64,000 nt of DNA, from NCBI GenBank assembly GCA_964472625.1, contig CAYYLM010000004.1, positions 27,422-91,421 of the forward strand, in the 5' to 3' direction. Below are positions 40,988 to 50,910 of the stretch, in pieces (positions within the stretch are counted from its first letter, which is position 1; every line of letters starts with the position of its first letter). The notes beneath the pieces are model-generated. The model made no database searches. It was not told where the DNA came from and saw nothing but the letters and a program-made list of their open reading frames with translations. The DNA is from an uncultured Dehalococcoidales bacterium. GTDB taxonomy: Bacteria > Chloroflexota > Dehalococcoidia > Dehalococcoidales > UBA5760. The translations under genes were made by a program, and so were the position numbers.

Positions 40988-41521
40988 CTAACCAAGTTCT
41001 TCCGTGGCTTTGTCCTCGTGCCCATGGGATACCACCCTATCAAAGTGGTCCGCAGCAGCCTCTTTGGGAATTAGCTCTTCAAGCGCTCGCTTTCTAAGCT
41101 TTTCCAGTAGATTGGTAACAATCTGCATTTCTTCCTCTGAGCAGCAAGACGTCATTGTTTCGATTAATCCTAGACCATGGATAGTAGCTCGTTTAAAGAG
41201 ATCCTTCCCCTTCGCAGTTATGACCAGCCGCAGTGCCCGGCGGTCTTTCGAGTCTCTTACCCTCTTGACTAAATCAATCTTCTCCATACGGTCAATTATC
41301 AAGCTGATGCTATTCGTATTTCGATCGAGATAGCGCGCAATATCAGTTTGTGTTAACGGATGTTTAGCAAAGTTTATCACCATGAGGACTCTATATTGCT
41401 GAAGCGTTAGTCCGGCTTGAGCGAACACTGCTTCCTGGCACTTGGACACCGCGACATAAGTTTGATCCAAGATAATCCAGAGCTTATGCATCGGGTGACC
41501 ATAGTCTAAATCAGTTGACAT
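40988..41521 (-). CDS. MarR-family transcriptional regulator
   Basis: 177 aa. The MarR wHTH core reads LTLQQYRVLMVINFAKHPLTQTDIARYLDRNTNSISLIIDRMEKIDLVKRVRDSKDRRALRLVITAKG. Confidence 0.88.
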   Translation of the reverse strand: MSTDLDYGHPMHKLWIILDQTYVAVSKCQEAVFAQAGLTLQQYRVLMVINFAKHPLTQTDIARYLDRNTNSISLIIDRMEKIDLVKRVRDSKDRRALRLVITAKGKDLFKRATIHGLGLIETMTSCCSEEEMQIVTNLLEKLRKRALEELIPKEAAADHFDRVVSHGHEDKATEELG

Positions 41522-41708
41522 CTTTACTCCTTTAGCAATACTCCTTTAATGAATAATTCACTGGTGCAGTAGTTATTATAAATAAAGCAAGCCAATCTTT
41601 CCAGTATGGTTGCTTACGAGATACCAAATCGGCAATCTTGTCAGTCATTACCCTAGCAAAGTATATGATTGCCTATGAGAAAATTAACGAATGGGGTTAA
41701 ATAGGGGA

Positions 41709-41737
41709 TTGACAACTAGCGGTAATGGTGATAGTAT
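41709..41737 (+). promoter_or_regulatory. Sigma-70-like promoter in the MarR-divergent intergenic region
   Basis: TTGACA - 17 nt - TAGTAT, pointing toward the gene at 41944. Confidence 0.5.
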
Positions 41738-41747
41738 CATCTAAATT

Positions 41748-41780
41748 TATATCATATACGAATCATTTATATATGATATA
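41748..41780. promoter_or_regulatory. Palindromic candidate operator just downstream of the -10 element
   Basis: TATATCATATA - 11 nt - TATATGATATA, perfect 11-bp arms. The placement is typical of a repressor site such as a MarR box. Confidence 0.5.
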
Positions 41781-41943
41781 GTGTGTGCACCAACGAATTT
41801 GCTGCCTATGGATAATGCAGATTAACACAACTGAGTTTGTTTCTAGTTATTCTTGGTTATTCGTAAAGGGAAAAAAGTGATAAATCGAGATTTTGCTTGG
41901 TATCATCTGACAGATTAGAAGCATAAAACCGGGAGGACTAGCT

Positions 41944-42527
41944 ATGGTCAGAGTAGAAGGCATTTTCGAAGGGGGATGGGTGCAGGTACACATCTATGCA
42001 CCCACATATGCTCTCTCACATATCTGCACTGGATATGTCCACTGCCTTCCGGGCCGTCGCCTTTTAGACCAGCTCAACGATGTATTTCCGGGTACAGTGT
42101 CCGAAGCTAAGGATTTCCTTCCTTCAGGGAAGGTGAACTGCAAGCTCTAGGAAGAGAAAGTGAGACAGCGAAATTTGTCTGCTTTAATAAGGCCAGCATC
42201 CTCTTTGTAAAAGAGTATGAGGAAGGCCAGACTAGAGGGTTTGGCGGTAAGCTTGAGCATAGTGGGTATCCCTACGTCCCCAAGTCACCTGTAGCGGTAA
42301 AGCTTTACTTGCCGTTTTATGTTCTGACTGGCTATTTACACTGTGCTGAAGGGCAACGTGTCTCGGATGTGATGAACCTACCATTGAGATTCCTCCCTAT
42401 TACCAATGCCGAGATAAGTCCGGCAGTGGGTAGCAGTCAGCAGTCAGGGGTCAGCTTTCTAGCGGTGAACAAGGGTCAGGTAGTCCTTTTAGAAGAACTA
42501 GAGCCAAGGTTGGGAGAGTCGGAGTAA
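41944..42527 (+). pseudogene. Tandem-duplicated-domain protein of unknown family, interrupted by a single-base frameshift near 42120-42126
   Basis: ORF 41944-42150 (frame 1) and the open frame 42111-42527 (frame 0) encode two copies of one ~95-aa module. Compare TGYVHCLPGRRLLDQLNDV...DFLP with TGYLHCAEGQRVSDVMNLPLRFLP. The second half has no ATG or Shine-Dalgarno of its own, and joining the frames restores DFLP.REGELQALG parallel to RFLPITNAEISPAVG. Confidence 0.6.
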
Positions 42528-42836
42528 CAATAGGAAACACATAGACAAAGTCAAAGTTCATGAGGACAAAGACACTTCAATCGGAGTAGGTGTAGACAGA
42601 ACAAGAGCACAGGAAGATTGCGGGTCAAGAACATCAAGAATGGTATCAACGTTTATGGGAAAATCATTCATAATATCAACATAGTCATAGGCAACAAAAT
42701 AAGCTATCGCTCACCGCTAAGTTCACAGATGGCCGTAGGCAAGCTACGAGGTACCGCCTACCCTAGCCCATTGGATTCATAACACCTACTGTTGAACAAC
42801 TGGCGCTCTTGGTGTTACGTGGGGAATACTATGACT

Positions 42837-43211
42837 TCAACGTGCTCCATTCAGTACGGGAGTCACTACGTTCATCAGTTCCTGGGTGGTGAAAGGCTTG
42901 GTTATGTATCCATCGGCGCCCATTTCCTCGGCAAACTTCTTGTTGAGTTCATGGCCGACGGCAGTAAGCATAATCACCGGAATTAGCTTTGTTACCTGGT
43001 CAGCCTTTATTTGCGAGCAAGCGGTATAACCGTCCATCCTTGGCATCATAAGATCCATAAGGATGAGATCTGGTCGTTGCCCTTTAGCAATATCTAACGC
43101 TTCCTTCCCGTCATTTGCTTCGAGAACAACGTAGTCTTTCTCCAGCATCCTTGTCACTGTTAATCTTACCCCTGGTTCGTCGTCAGCTATGAGTATTCTT
43201 TTCTTGTCCAT
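42837..43211 (-). CDS. Stand-alone response regulator receiver (CheY-like)
   Basis: 124 aa. Contains DDEP, the phospho-acceptor context LILMDLMMP, and the conserved T and K (KPF). Confidence 0.9.
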   Translation of the reverse strand: MDKKRILIADDEPGVRLTVTRMLEKDYVVLEANDGKEALDIAKGQRPDLILMDLMMPRMDGYTACSQIKADQVTKLIPVIMLTAVGHELNKKFAEEMGADGYITKPFTTQELMNVVTPVLNGAR

Positions 43212-43233
43212 TTGATTTACTCCTAGTTCTTTA

Positions 43234-44328
43234 TCAGTTGCTAACAGTCTCCTGAGGCGAGCTTACGTCAACCTGGGATTGAAGAGACTGCCGCAGTTTT
43301 GTCGGATTACCACTTCTCAATAAGGCTTCTTCCAAAGTAACCATGTTCCTCTTTACCAAGTCAGCTAACGCCTGATCCAGGGTCTGCATCCCCTCCAATT
43401 TGCTCATCTCCATATTAGGGTGTATTTCGTATAGTTTCTCGTCGCGGATGAGTCTTCTGATGACGCTGTTGGCAATCATAATCTCAAAGGCGGCTATTCG
43501 TCCTCCATCAATGCGTGGTAGGAGGGCTTGCGATACTACCGCTTCTATTACCTGAGATAACTGCACTCTGATTTGCTGTTGTTGACCATGCGGGAATATG
43601 TCAATTATGCGGTCAATAGACTGGGGAGCGTCGATAGTATGTAACGTGCCAAGCACCAGGTGCCCGGTCTCAGCTGCGGTGATCGCGGTGCTTATCGTGT
43701 TCAGGTCACGCATCTCCCCGATAACAATTACATCCGCATCATGACGGAGAGCGTGTATTACCGCGGTAGAGAATGATTTGGTATCGCCCCCCAGGTCTCG
43801 CTGCAGGATAAGGCATTTCTTATCGCGGAATATGAATTCGATAGGGTCTTCAATAGTAATGACACTTCGCGTCGCATTATCATTAAGATGACTGAGCATT
43901 GCTGCTAGGGTAGTCGACTTACCACTGCCGGAGGGGCCGGTTACAAGAATAAGCCCTCTCGGCTTAAGTATAAGCTCCTTAAGAATCTGGGGCAGCCCCC
44001 ATTCATCAATAGACGGAACGTAGAATGGTACAAACCGGAAGGCAAGACCAATGACCCCTCTCTGCCGCAAGGCATTGACCCGGAATCGAGCTAGTCCAGG
44101 AACCGAATAAGCAAAATCCAGCTCCCATTCTCTATCGAAAACTGACCTCTGCTCTTCAGTAGCAACTCGTTGCAAGGTGAGTTCGACATCTTTGACGGTC
44201 ATTGGTGGTAGATCTTCCTGCGGCGTAAGCACACCATCAATACGGAGCACTGGTGGGCGGCGCACCGTGAGGTGTAAGTCTGAAGCGCCTTTATTTACCA
44301 TCAACTTGAGAAGTTCATCTACTTGCAT
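43234..44328 (-). CDS. pilT: PilT-family hexameric ATPase (type IV pilus retraction ATPase family)
   Basis: 364 aa. N-terminal GASDLHL, Walker A GPSGSGKST, Asp box ITIEDPIEF, Walker B VIVIGEMRD, His box TGHLVLGTLHT. SVIRRLIRDEK occupies the position of the AIRNLIRE motif. Confidence 0.9.
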   Translation of the reverse strand: MQVDELLKLMVNKGASDLHLTVRRPPVLRIDGVLTPQEDLPPMTVKDVELTLQRVATEEQRSVFDREWELDFAYSVPGLARFRVNALRQRGVIGLAFRFVPFYVPSIDEWGLPQILKELILKPRGLILVTGPSGSGKSTTLAAMLSHLNDNATRSVITIEDPIEFIFRDKKCLILQRDLGGDTKSFSTAVIHALRHDADVIVIGEMRDLNTISTAITAAETGHLVLGTLHTIDAPQSIDRIIDIFPHGQQQQIRVQLSQVIEAVVSQALLPRIDGGRIAAFEIMIANSVIRRLIRDEKLYEIHPNMEMSKLEGMQTLDQALADLVKRNMVTLEEALLRSGNPTKLRQSLQSQVDVSSPQETVSN

Positions 44329-45427
44329 GTTGGCTCCCCATAATCATACGCACTAATTGACTTTCTTGCTCATCCTGATAGCTATTTCTGATTGACAGTA
44401 TTTCGTCGGTAATGGCCAGGGAGGCATCTACAATATCGGGATCAAAATGACTGCCCCGACCCTGCCTGATGATATCTAGCGATTCTTCTACCGGTAGCGC
44501 TTTGCGATAGGGCCGTGTTGAGGTCAGGGCGTCGAAGGTATCAGCGAGGGCGGCAATGCGTCCCGCCAACGGTATCTCTGAACCCCCGAGTCCCTGGGGA
44601 TACCCACTTCCATCCCATTTCTCATGGTGGGTCAGGGCAATAATCTCCGCCAGCTGGATGAATTCGGCGTCAGAGCCCTGTAGAATCTCTGCCCCGATTA
44701 CGGTGTGTTTCTTCATAACTTCCCACTCATCTTCATCCAAGTTGCCGGTCTTGAGCAAGATGTGATCCGGAATGCCAATCTTACCCACATCATGCATCGG
44801 GGCAGCGTACAGTATATTTTCCACTTCTCTGTCCTCTAGGCCCAACCTACGGGCAATAGCGGCACTGTATTGGCTCATCCGTTTAATATGAGCGCCGGTA
44901 TCCTCATCTCTGTACTCTGCCGCTCGTGCCAGTCGGAGGACGGTGTCCAGCGAAGCTAGCTTCAGCTTCTCAACCGCCTGCTTGAGCTCTGCGGTTCTTT
45001 CGGCGACCATCTCCTCTAGGTGCTGCTGGTAAGCCCTGTTGTCGAGTTCCAGCCTTCTTTTCTCCAGGGCCCGCTGCACACTGATAGCTACTTCATCCAG
45101 GTTGAAGGGTTTAACCAGATAGTCGTGGGCTCCATCTTTCATGCATTTAATAGCGGTAGAGGTATCGGCAATCGCGGTAGCCATGATGACCGCTGTGTCC
45201 GGATACATGTGTTTTATCTCAGGTAACAGTTCAACTCCCGATTTACCCGGCATCTTGATATCCAGAACCACCAGCTCTGCCGGACTCTTAGCGAGCCTGT
45301 CCAAAGCCTCATTGGCACTGCTGGCTTCCCCACACAGGTAGCCCTCGGCTGACAGCCTCTGCCGTAAAATTCTCCTCACCACCGGCTCATCATCAACAAT
45401 GAGCACTCTATGCTTTTTGGCAGTCAT
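44315..45427 (-). CDS. Response regulator with an HD-GYP c-di-GMP phosphodiesterase output domain (RpfG family)
   Basis: 370 aa. N-terminal REC (VLIVDDEP ... VVLDIKMPG ... KPF). C-terminal HDVGKIGIP ... HHEKWDGSGYP motifs. Confidence 0.9.
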   Translation of the reverse strand: MTAKKHRVLIVDDEPVVRRILRQRLSAEGYLCGEASSANEALDRLAKSPAELVVLDIKMPGKSGVELLPEIKHMYPDTAVIMATAIADTSTAIKCMKDGAHDYLVKPFNLDEVAISVQRALEKRRLELDNRAYQQHLEEMVAERTAELKQAVEKLKLASLDTVLRLARAAEYRDEDTGAHIKRMSQYSAAIARRLGLEDREVENILYAAPMHDVGKIGIPDHILLKTGNLDEDEWEVMKKHTVIGAEILQGSDAEFIQLAEIIALTHHEKWDGSGYPQGLGGSEIPLAGRIAALADTFDALTSTRPYRKALPVEESLDIIRQGRGSHFDPDIVDASLAITDEILSIRNSYQDEQESQLVRMIMGSQHASR

Positions 45428-45472
45428 TTCCCTCTTCGCCTTAAAGCTTCTCCGACTATGCTTTTCAGTTCA

Positions 45473-45820
45473 TCAGGGGGTGAACGGTTTGGGTAAGAAC
45501 AGCCTACCGCTTTGCTCCAGAAAGCTCTTCGTGCCTCCGCTGAGTAGATCCCCGGTGGTTAATATGACCCCGCTTACCACTTCGGGATGCCTTTCCAAAA
45601 TAGACTGGTAGATTTGTTTCCCGTTCATCACCGGTGTCCTGATATCGATAAGAACCAGGTCGTATTCTTTTTCCTCTAGCATACCCTGAGCCAAGCTACC
45701 GTTAGCGGCAGTATCGACCATGAATCCTTCGCCGCGAAGCGTCTGCAAGCAGACCCGGCTAATAACAGGCTCAGCTTCAACTACCAGTACTCGAACTGCC
45801 TTTGTGCTTGCACTCTTCAT
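45473..45820 (-). CDS. Stand-alone receiver domain protein, C-terminus truncated by a frameshift in a homopolymer run
   Basis: 115 aa REC (VLVVEAEP ... LVLIDIRTP ... KPFTP). It is a paralog of 55185-55580. A shifted frame after the G5 run at 45476-45480 encodes PDELKSIVGEALRRRGK and ends in an ATGA overlap with the next gene at 45424-45427. Confidence 0.85.
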   Translation of the reverse strand: MKSASTKAVRVLVVEAEPVISRVCLQTLRGEGFMVDTAANGSLAQGMLEEKEYDLVLIDIRTPVMNGKQIYQSILERHPEVVSGVILTTGDLLSGGTKSFLEQSGRLFLPKPFTP

Positions 45821-48800
45821 TCTATCTCCCCTTGGCTGAGGGGCAGCTCGACAATAAAAGTTGCTCCTTTGCCCGGTTCGCTTTCGGCGTATATCTGGCC
45901 GTTGTGGGCACTGATTATCCCGTGACAGATGCTAAGACCCAGCCCGGTCCCCTTGCCCACCTCCTTGGTGGTGAAGAAGGGATCGAAGATATGCCCCAGG
46001 TTCTCCTTGGGTATACCTAGGCCATCATCAGTAAAGGAGGCTCTGGCATAATCTCCTGCCCGCTCAGTCGTAACCGTTAGCGTGCCCTTATTATGTGCCT
46101 CAATCATGGAATATTCAGCGTTGATGACGATGTTGAGGAAGACCTGCTGCAGCTGAAAATAGTCAGCCATGACTTGGGGCAGATCAGGCGCTAAATGTGT
46201 AACCACCTCAATATTGTTCACTCTCTCTTCATAGGCACGAAGCTCGAGCACCTTGTTTATTACGTCATTTATGTTTAAAAGATCCTCGGCTGGAGAGTGC
46301 TTGCGGGCAAAAGTGAGCAGATTTTTCACAATATTAGCGGCGCGTTGTGCCTCACTGTATACCAGGTTCAGGTCTTCTTTGATATCCTCGGGAACGTCCC
46401 TTCGGACGAGGAGCTGGGCTAGCCCGATCACCCCGGTGAGCGGGTTATTTAGCTCGTGGGCGATACCCGATGCCAGCTCACCAACCGATGCCAGCCGGTC
46501 GGTTAATACAAGCTGCTCCTCCATACTCTTACGCGCGGTTATATCCCGGGTGACGGCAATAAACCCTACGGGATTTCCGGCACCATCTTTAAGCAGAGCC
46601 GCACTTAACTCAGCCGGAAATTCGCTACCATCCTTCTTCAAGAATGTATACTCGATAGTCGCAGACTGTCCTCTTTCCAGCGTCTCTTTGAGGCTCTCCA
46701 TAGCCCGAATGTGGTCTTTTTCGGCTATCAGCTCAAAACTACTCTTCCCAAGCATCTCCTCTTTACTATCATAGCCGTGCATGCGTACCGCCGTTTCATT
46801 CGTGTCCAGAATGGTCCCATCCATGTCAGAAACAGTAATCCCTTCGGGAACTGACTTGAACATGAGGCGTAGCTTTTCCTCTGATGCCTTTAACGCGTTT
46901 TCCGCCAGCTTACGTTCGGTGATGTCGCGGATAAATACAAACAGTTGCCCTTCCCTGACATCAAGATAATTTACGCTAATCTCAACATCAATTATCCTGC
47001 CGTCTTTACGTCTATGCTGGGTCTCAAAACGGTCGTAACCTTGCTTCACTATTTTCTTTATACGTCGAGCAGTCTCCTTGGGAGTTTCTACGGCTTCTAT
47101 ATCCGGTATGGACATTTCAAGTAGTTCCTCGTGCGTATAACCCACCATCTCACAATATGAGTCGTTGACTTCGAGTAATCTGCCCGCTAGATCGGTAATC
47201 CAGAAGCCGTCGACGGCCGTTTTTATGATTGCCTGGTGTTTCGCCTCAGCCTGTTTCCGTTCGGTGATATCTCTAATGTAAACAACGTTAGCAGTTCCCC
47301 CCAGATATTTTGTGTAGGCACTGGTTACTTCAATGGGAACCTGAGTGCCATCCTTTCTGATAATCTGTATCTCGAAGAGACCAGGGATAGCTTCACCCCT
47401 CATCTTTCTTCGATGCCTTTCTTGAGAAGCCTTGCGGTCTTCGGGACGGACGAGATCAAAAAAGGGCATCTTGAGCAGTTCCTCTCTCGAGTAGCCGGTG
47501 ATACGAGGCCACTCTCTGTTGAAGAAGACATGGACAGCATCTCCATGCTTATCATCCTGCAGCATGACGACGGCCTCCCCAACCCCAGCACCCAGATCTA
47601 CGACAGCCCGATATCTCTCCTCTGACTCACGCAGGGCTTCCTCCGCCTGCTTGCGCTCGGTGATGTCCTCAACTATTCCCTGGGCTTCGGTTACTTGTCC
47701 GGAATCGTCCGATAAGGTTTGCAAAGCCTCCCTAACCCACGCAGTACTCCCATCCTTACGAACTATGCGGTACTCTCTAGTAGCTGAACATGTATGCTCA
47801 GAAGTAACTTCTTCCACATCTTCTAACACCCGCGGCAAATCGTCCTTATGAATAATATCTTGCCATTTGACCTTCCCCTTCATAAAATCATCTTCAGTGT
47901 AGCCAGTGATCTCCTTGACACGGCCATGCAGAAAACTAGCCTTGAAATTTTTATCACCACGGTAGGCTATACCACTAAAGTTCTGGACAAATGAACGATA
48001 ACGCTCCTCACTCTCCCGCAGTGCCTCCTCTGCCTGCTTGCGTTCGGTGATGTCCTGTGAAAAGCCTATTAGGCCAACTGGAATGTCATCTTTGTCAAGA
48101 ATCGGAACCTTATCTGTCTGCACCCATCTTATGCCGCTTGCGGATTCATATTGTTCTATTATGTTGAATTTAGGGCGTCTTAGTTTAAGAACCTCCTGGT
48201 CATCGTTTGTCATCTCTTGTGCGATCCTAGCTGAACAAAGATCGAAAACTGTTTTCCCCACAAATTCTTCTTCAGACACTTCATACGCTTCAGCAAGTGC
48301 CCTATTGACGCGCACAAATCTTCCTTCTTTATCTTTGTAGAAAACTAATATTGGTGAAGAGTCGATAATGAGCTTCAATTCCTGCTGTTCTTCCCTCAAA
48401 TCTTCTTCCAGTCTCTTGCGCTCGGTGATGTCCTCGACGATGGCATCAACGTACAGTATCTTGCCGGCATCGTCTCTCAGGGCAGCAACGGTGTCCAGCA
48501 CCATTATCTCACTGCCATCCTTCCTCCTACACTTAATTTCCTTGGTTACCACCCCTTTAGTTGAGGCTACTTCTTTCATGAGGGCTTGTCTGTCTTCACG
48601 ACGAATATAAAGGTCTTCTACGCCCATCGCCATTAGCTCATCTCTGGAATATCCGGTGATTTCCTCAAAGGCCGGATTCATTTCTAGGATTTTCCCCGGA
48701 GTATCCGGCGTCGAGCGGAGGATGCCAAGTCGTACGTTGTTTACCAAGCTACGATACCTTTCTTCACTCTCTTTGAGTGCCTCCTCGGCCTGCTCGCGCT

Positions 48801-50427
48801 CGACACGCATGCGCTGCGCTTTGATACCGTACGCTAGGTCATCTGCCAGTTCCGTAAGCAACTTTACTTCACCTTCTTCAAACGGATCCGCCCCCGCACT
48901 GTATATGATTAGAACCCCGCTGGGCTGACTGTTAATACTTAACGGAAGGGTGATTAGGGATGTGTAGCCCCGCTCGTTTGCTTCAGCGTGAAGAGGAGCA
49001 TGGCTGGTGTCGCTGTGAATATTCCTTAAGACTAGCGGTTTACCTGAATTCACAGCCTCCTTAAACATGGCATGGTCATCTTCATTCTCGGCCCAGGCGA
49101 CGTCGTGATGACTACAATCTCCGTTATCATGCCACGCTTCTGCTGCCGGGCGTACTGCTAGCCCGCCTCTTGGGTCAATCAACCCCACGCGTGCCCCACA
49201 ATATTCACCGTAGGTTACAATAATCCGGCAGATACCTTTCAGCAACGTCGGTTCATCGGTAGATCGTACCAGTATCTGGTTACATTCACTGAGCGTCTTA
49301 AGTGCCCGATTAGCGCTACGCAGAGTATTATTTGTTCGGACCAGGTTTTCTGTCATTTCATTGAAATGTTGTGCCATCATCCCAATTTCATCGTTGGATT
49401 TTACCTCGGCTCTCTGCGAGACATCGCCTTCCCTAATCTTATCGGCAACGCTAGCCAGACTTTGAATTGGTTTGCTGATGCTTCGAGCCAAGTAGAGAGA
49501 GACTGTCACGACGAGGGCGGCGGCAAGGCCTATGGTGAGCGCCGTCAAATTGTACAAACGAGTCACCGGGGCAAGGGCTTCAGCCTCGTCTATTTTAGCT
49601 ACCAGACCCCAGTCTACCTCCGGAATATACTGGGCGGCGGCCAGGACCGTCTCACCGCGGTAGTCGACGGCATTGGTGAATAGTCCCTCGTTTCCTAATA
49701 ACGCCTGCACTGTAGGCGAATCCAGATTATATATTGACATCGTCCGATGAAGCTCAGCCTCAGGGGCAAAGTGAAGTGGAGAGATAAACAGGACGTTGCC
49801 TTCTTGGCTTCTCTCGGCGAGGAGCGTTTCCCCTGTTCTACCCAGTCCAGTATAGTCTCCTAATACTGAAAGAATGTTATCGGCGCTCGACCTGATTATT
49901 ACCACACCGATAAGCTCGCTTTCTAAATACAGCGGACCGGACAGATAGTTTTTTAACTCCTCGTCTCCATTGAGAAAAAGCAAGGCGCCGCTGTCTTCCC
50001 CAGCACGCCCTTGTATAAAGGCTTCCTCATTGGCAAGCGATGAACCAATTATTGTTTCGCTCGTGGAAGCAACCACCTCTCCATCAAGGTTTAGCACATA
50101 TATCTCCTCAAAGTCTTTGATTGAGGAACGGGCATCAAGCAGTATCGTATTCATCCTTTCCTGGTCGGCAGTGCTATTCTGTTTGAGATAGCTATCGAGG
50201 CTAATCCGTAGCTGAGTTCTACTGGACACTAGGGCTAGTCTCTCCAGGTTCTGCGATATTATGCTTTCAATGCGGTGCTTCTGGATTACGGCAACAGACT
50301 GGAGTTGATTGAGGACTCCGTTGGTAACACTTTCCTTAGCATTGTTATATGAGAAAACACTTAGTATCACAAGCGGAACTAGGCTCGCTAATATAAAAGC
50401 CAGCGCTAACTTTGGCTTAATCTTCAT
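45817..50427 (-). CDS. Large membrane sensor histidine kinase: TM, extracytoplasmic Cache-like region, TM, HAMP, GAF, six PAS modules, DHp, HATPase
   Basis: 1536 aa with two TM helices flanking a ~280-aa region. HAMP region ([18 protein letters not shown]...) and a GAF-like segment. Six PAS-like modules each end in D-I-T-(E/A)-R-K. H-box [11 protein letters not shown]; N and G boxes ([21 protein letters not shown]). Confidence 0.9.
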   Translation of the reverse strand: MKIKPKLALAFILASLVPLVILSVFSYNNAKESVTNGVLNQLQSVAVIQKHRIESIISQNLERLALVSSRTQLRISLDSYLKQNSTADQERMNTILLDARSSIKDFEEIYVLNLDGEVVASTSETIIGSSLANEEAFIQGRAGEDSGALLFLNGDEELKNYLSGPLYLESELIGVVIIRSSADNILSVLGDYTGLGRTGETLLAERSQEGNVLFISPLHFAPEAELHRTMSIYNLDSPTVQALLGNEGLFTNAVDYRGETVLAAAQYIPEVDWGLVAKIDEAEALAPVTRLYNLTALTIGLAAALVVTVSLYLARSISKPIQSLASVADKIREGDVSQRAEVKSNDEIGMMAQHFNEMTENLVRTNNTLRSANRALKTLSECNQILVRSTDEPTLLKGICRIIVTYGEYCGARVGLIDPRGGLAVRPAAEAWHDNGDCSHHDVAWAENEDDHAMFKEAVNSGKPLVLRNIHSDTSHAPLHAEANERGYTSLITLPLSINSQPSGVLIIYSAGADPFEEGEVKLLTELADDLAYGIKAQRMRVEREQAEEALKESEERYRSLVNNVRLGILRSTPDTPGKILEMNPAFEEITGYSRDELMAMGVEDLYIRREDRQALMKEVASTKGVVTKEIKCRRKDGSEIMVLDTVAALRDDAGKILYVDAIVEDITERKRLEEDLREEQQELKLIIDSSPILVFYKDKEGRFVRVNRALAEAYEVSEEEFVGKTVFDLCSARIAQEMTNDDQEVLKLRRPKFNIIEQYESASGIRWVQTDKVPILDKDDIPVGLIGFSQDITERKQAEEALRESEERYRSFVQNFSGIAYRGDKNFKASFLHGRVKEITGYTEDDFMKGKVKWQDIIHKDDLPRVLEDVEEVTSEHTCSATREYRIVRKDGSTAWVREALQTLSDDSGQVTEAQGIVEDITERKQAEEALRESEERYRAVVDLGAGVGEAVVMLQDDKHGDAVHVFFNREWPRITGYSREELLKMPFFDLVRPEDRKASQERHRRKMRGEAIPGLFEIQIIRKDGTQVPIEVTSAYTKYLGGTANVVYIRDITERKQAEAKHQAIIKTAVDGFWITDLAGRLLEVNDSYCEMVGYTHEELLEMSIPDIEAVETPKETARRIKKIVKQGYDRFETQHRRKDGRIIDVEISVNYLDVREGQLFVFIRDITERKLAENALKASEEKLRLMFKSVPEGITVSDMDGTILDTNETAVRMHGYDSKEEMLGKSSFELIAEKDHIRAMESLKETLERGQSATIEYTFLKKDGSEFPAELSAALLKDGAGNPVGFIAVTRDITARKSMEEQLVLTDRLASVGELASGIAHELNNPLTGVIGLAQLLVRRDVPEDIKEDLNLVYSEAQRAANIVKNLLTFARKHSPAEDLLNINDVINKVLELRAYEERVNNIEVVTHLAPDLPQVMADYFQLQQVFLNIVINAEYSMIEAHNKGTLTVTTERAGDYARASFTDDGLGIPKENLGHIFDPFFTTKEVGKGTGLGLSICHGIISAHNGQIYAESEPGKGATFIVELPLSQGEIE

Positions 50428-50518
50428 GTTTTACTCACCAGTCCTTCGTCCCGACTCTTCATTTACATGGTTATCACTTTAGCCAAGTCTTGACCTTTCG
50501 TAGTCAGCCCAACCTCTG

Positions 50519-50725
50519 CTAGGTTTTAGTTACCCGATTGGCTTCGCTTCTTAACCTAAGTAGATCCTCTTCAGTGAAGAGCCTCCACCCCCTTCTGTCT
50601 CTCATTCCAACGTCTGGTAACAACCCCTCCCTAAGCCAGCGAAAATAGGTGTTTCTGCTAATACCAGCCAACTTGCATGCTTCAGCGGTTCTGTAATAGT
50701 CCTTACCGTCTACAGAGATGGTCAT
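50519..50725 (-). CDS. Small excisionase/MerR-superfamily HTH (HTH_17-like) DNA-binding protein
   Basis: 68 aa. YYRTAEACKLAGISRNTYFRWLREGLLP ... RGWRLFTEEDL fits the excisionase-type HTH. GGAGGA Shine-Dalgarno. It lies 91 nt upstream of the kinase gene on the same strand. Confidence 0.7.
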   Translation of the reverse strand: MTISVDGKDYYRTAEACKLAGISRNTYFRWLREGLLPDVGMRDRRGWRLFTEEDLLRLRSEANRVTKT

Positions 50726-50910
50726 GTTAAATCCTCCGATACTACTTAGGTATACTCAGTTTATTCTAGACTGATCTACAGAACAATCACCCAAAGAGGG
50801 CAATTAATAATACCTTCGTATTAGCCTGATGGAGTCTCCAGACTCTTCTTGATAGGTGGCCTCTGGCATCCTGGCTTGAACTCTTCAGGCATGAAGCGAA
50901 CCTCCTTCCT

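Noticed and set aside
42111-42130. Programmed -1 ribosomal frameshifting as the explanation for the split tandem-domain gene.
   Set aside because: There is no canonical X-XXY-YYZ slippery heptamer and no obvious downstream stimulatory structure. A simple one-base indel in the TTCCTTCCTTC tract is more parsimonious. It remains testable through read data.
46253-49683. Regularly recurring near-identical ~25-nt sequences inside the large kinase gene, considered as a possible CRISPR-like or tandem repeat array; also many plus-strand ORFs here.
   Set aside because: The repeats are the coding sequence of the D-I-T-E-R-K PAS junctions within one continuous 1536-codon frame. The spacing of about 380-400 nt equals one PAS module. 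The plus-strand ORFs are antisense shadows.
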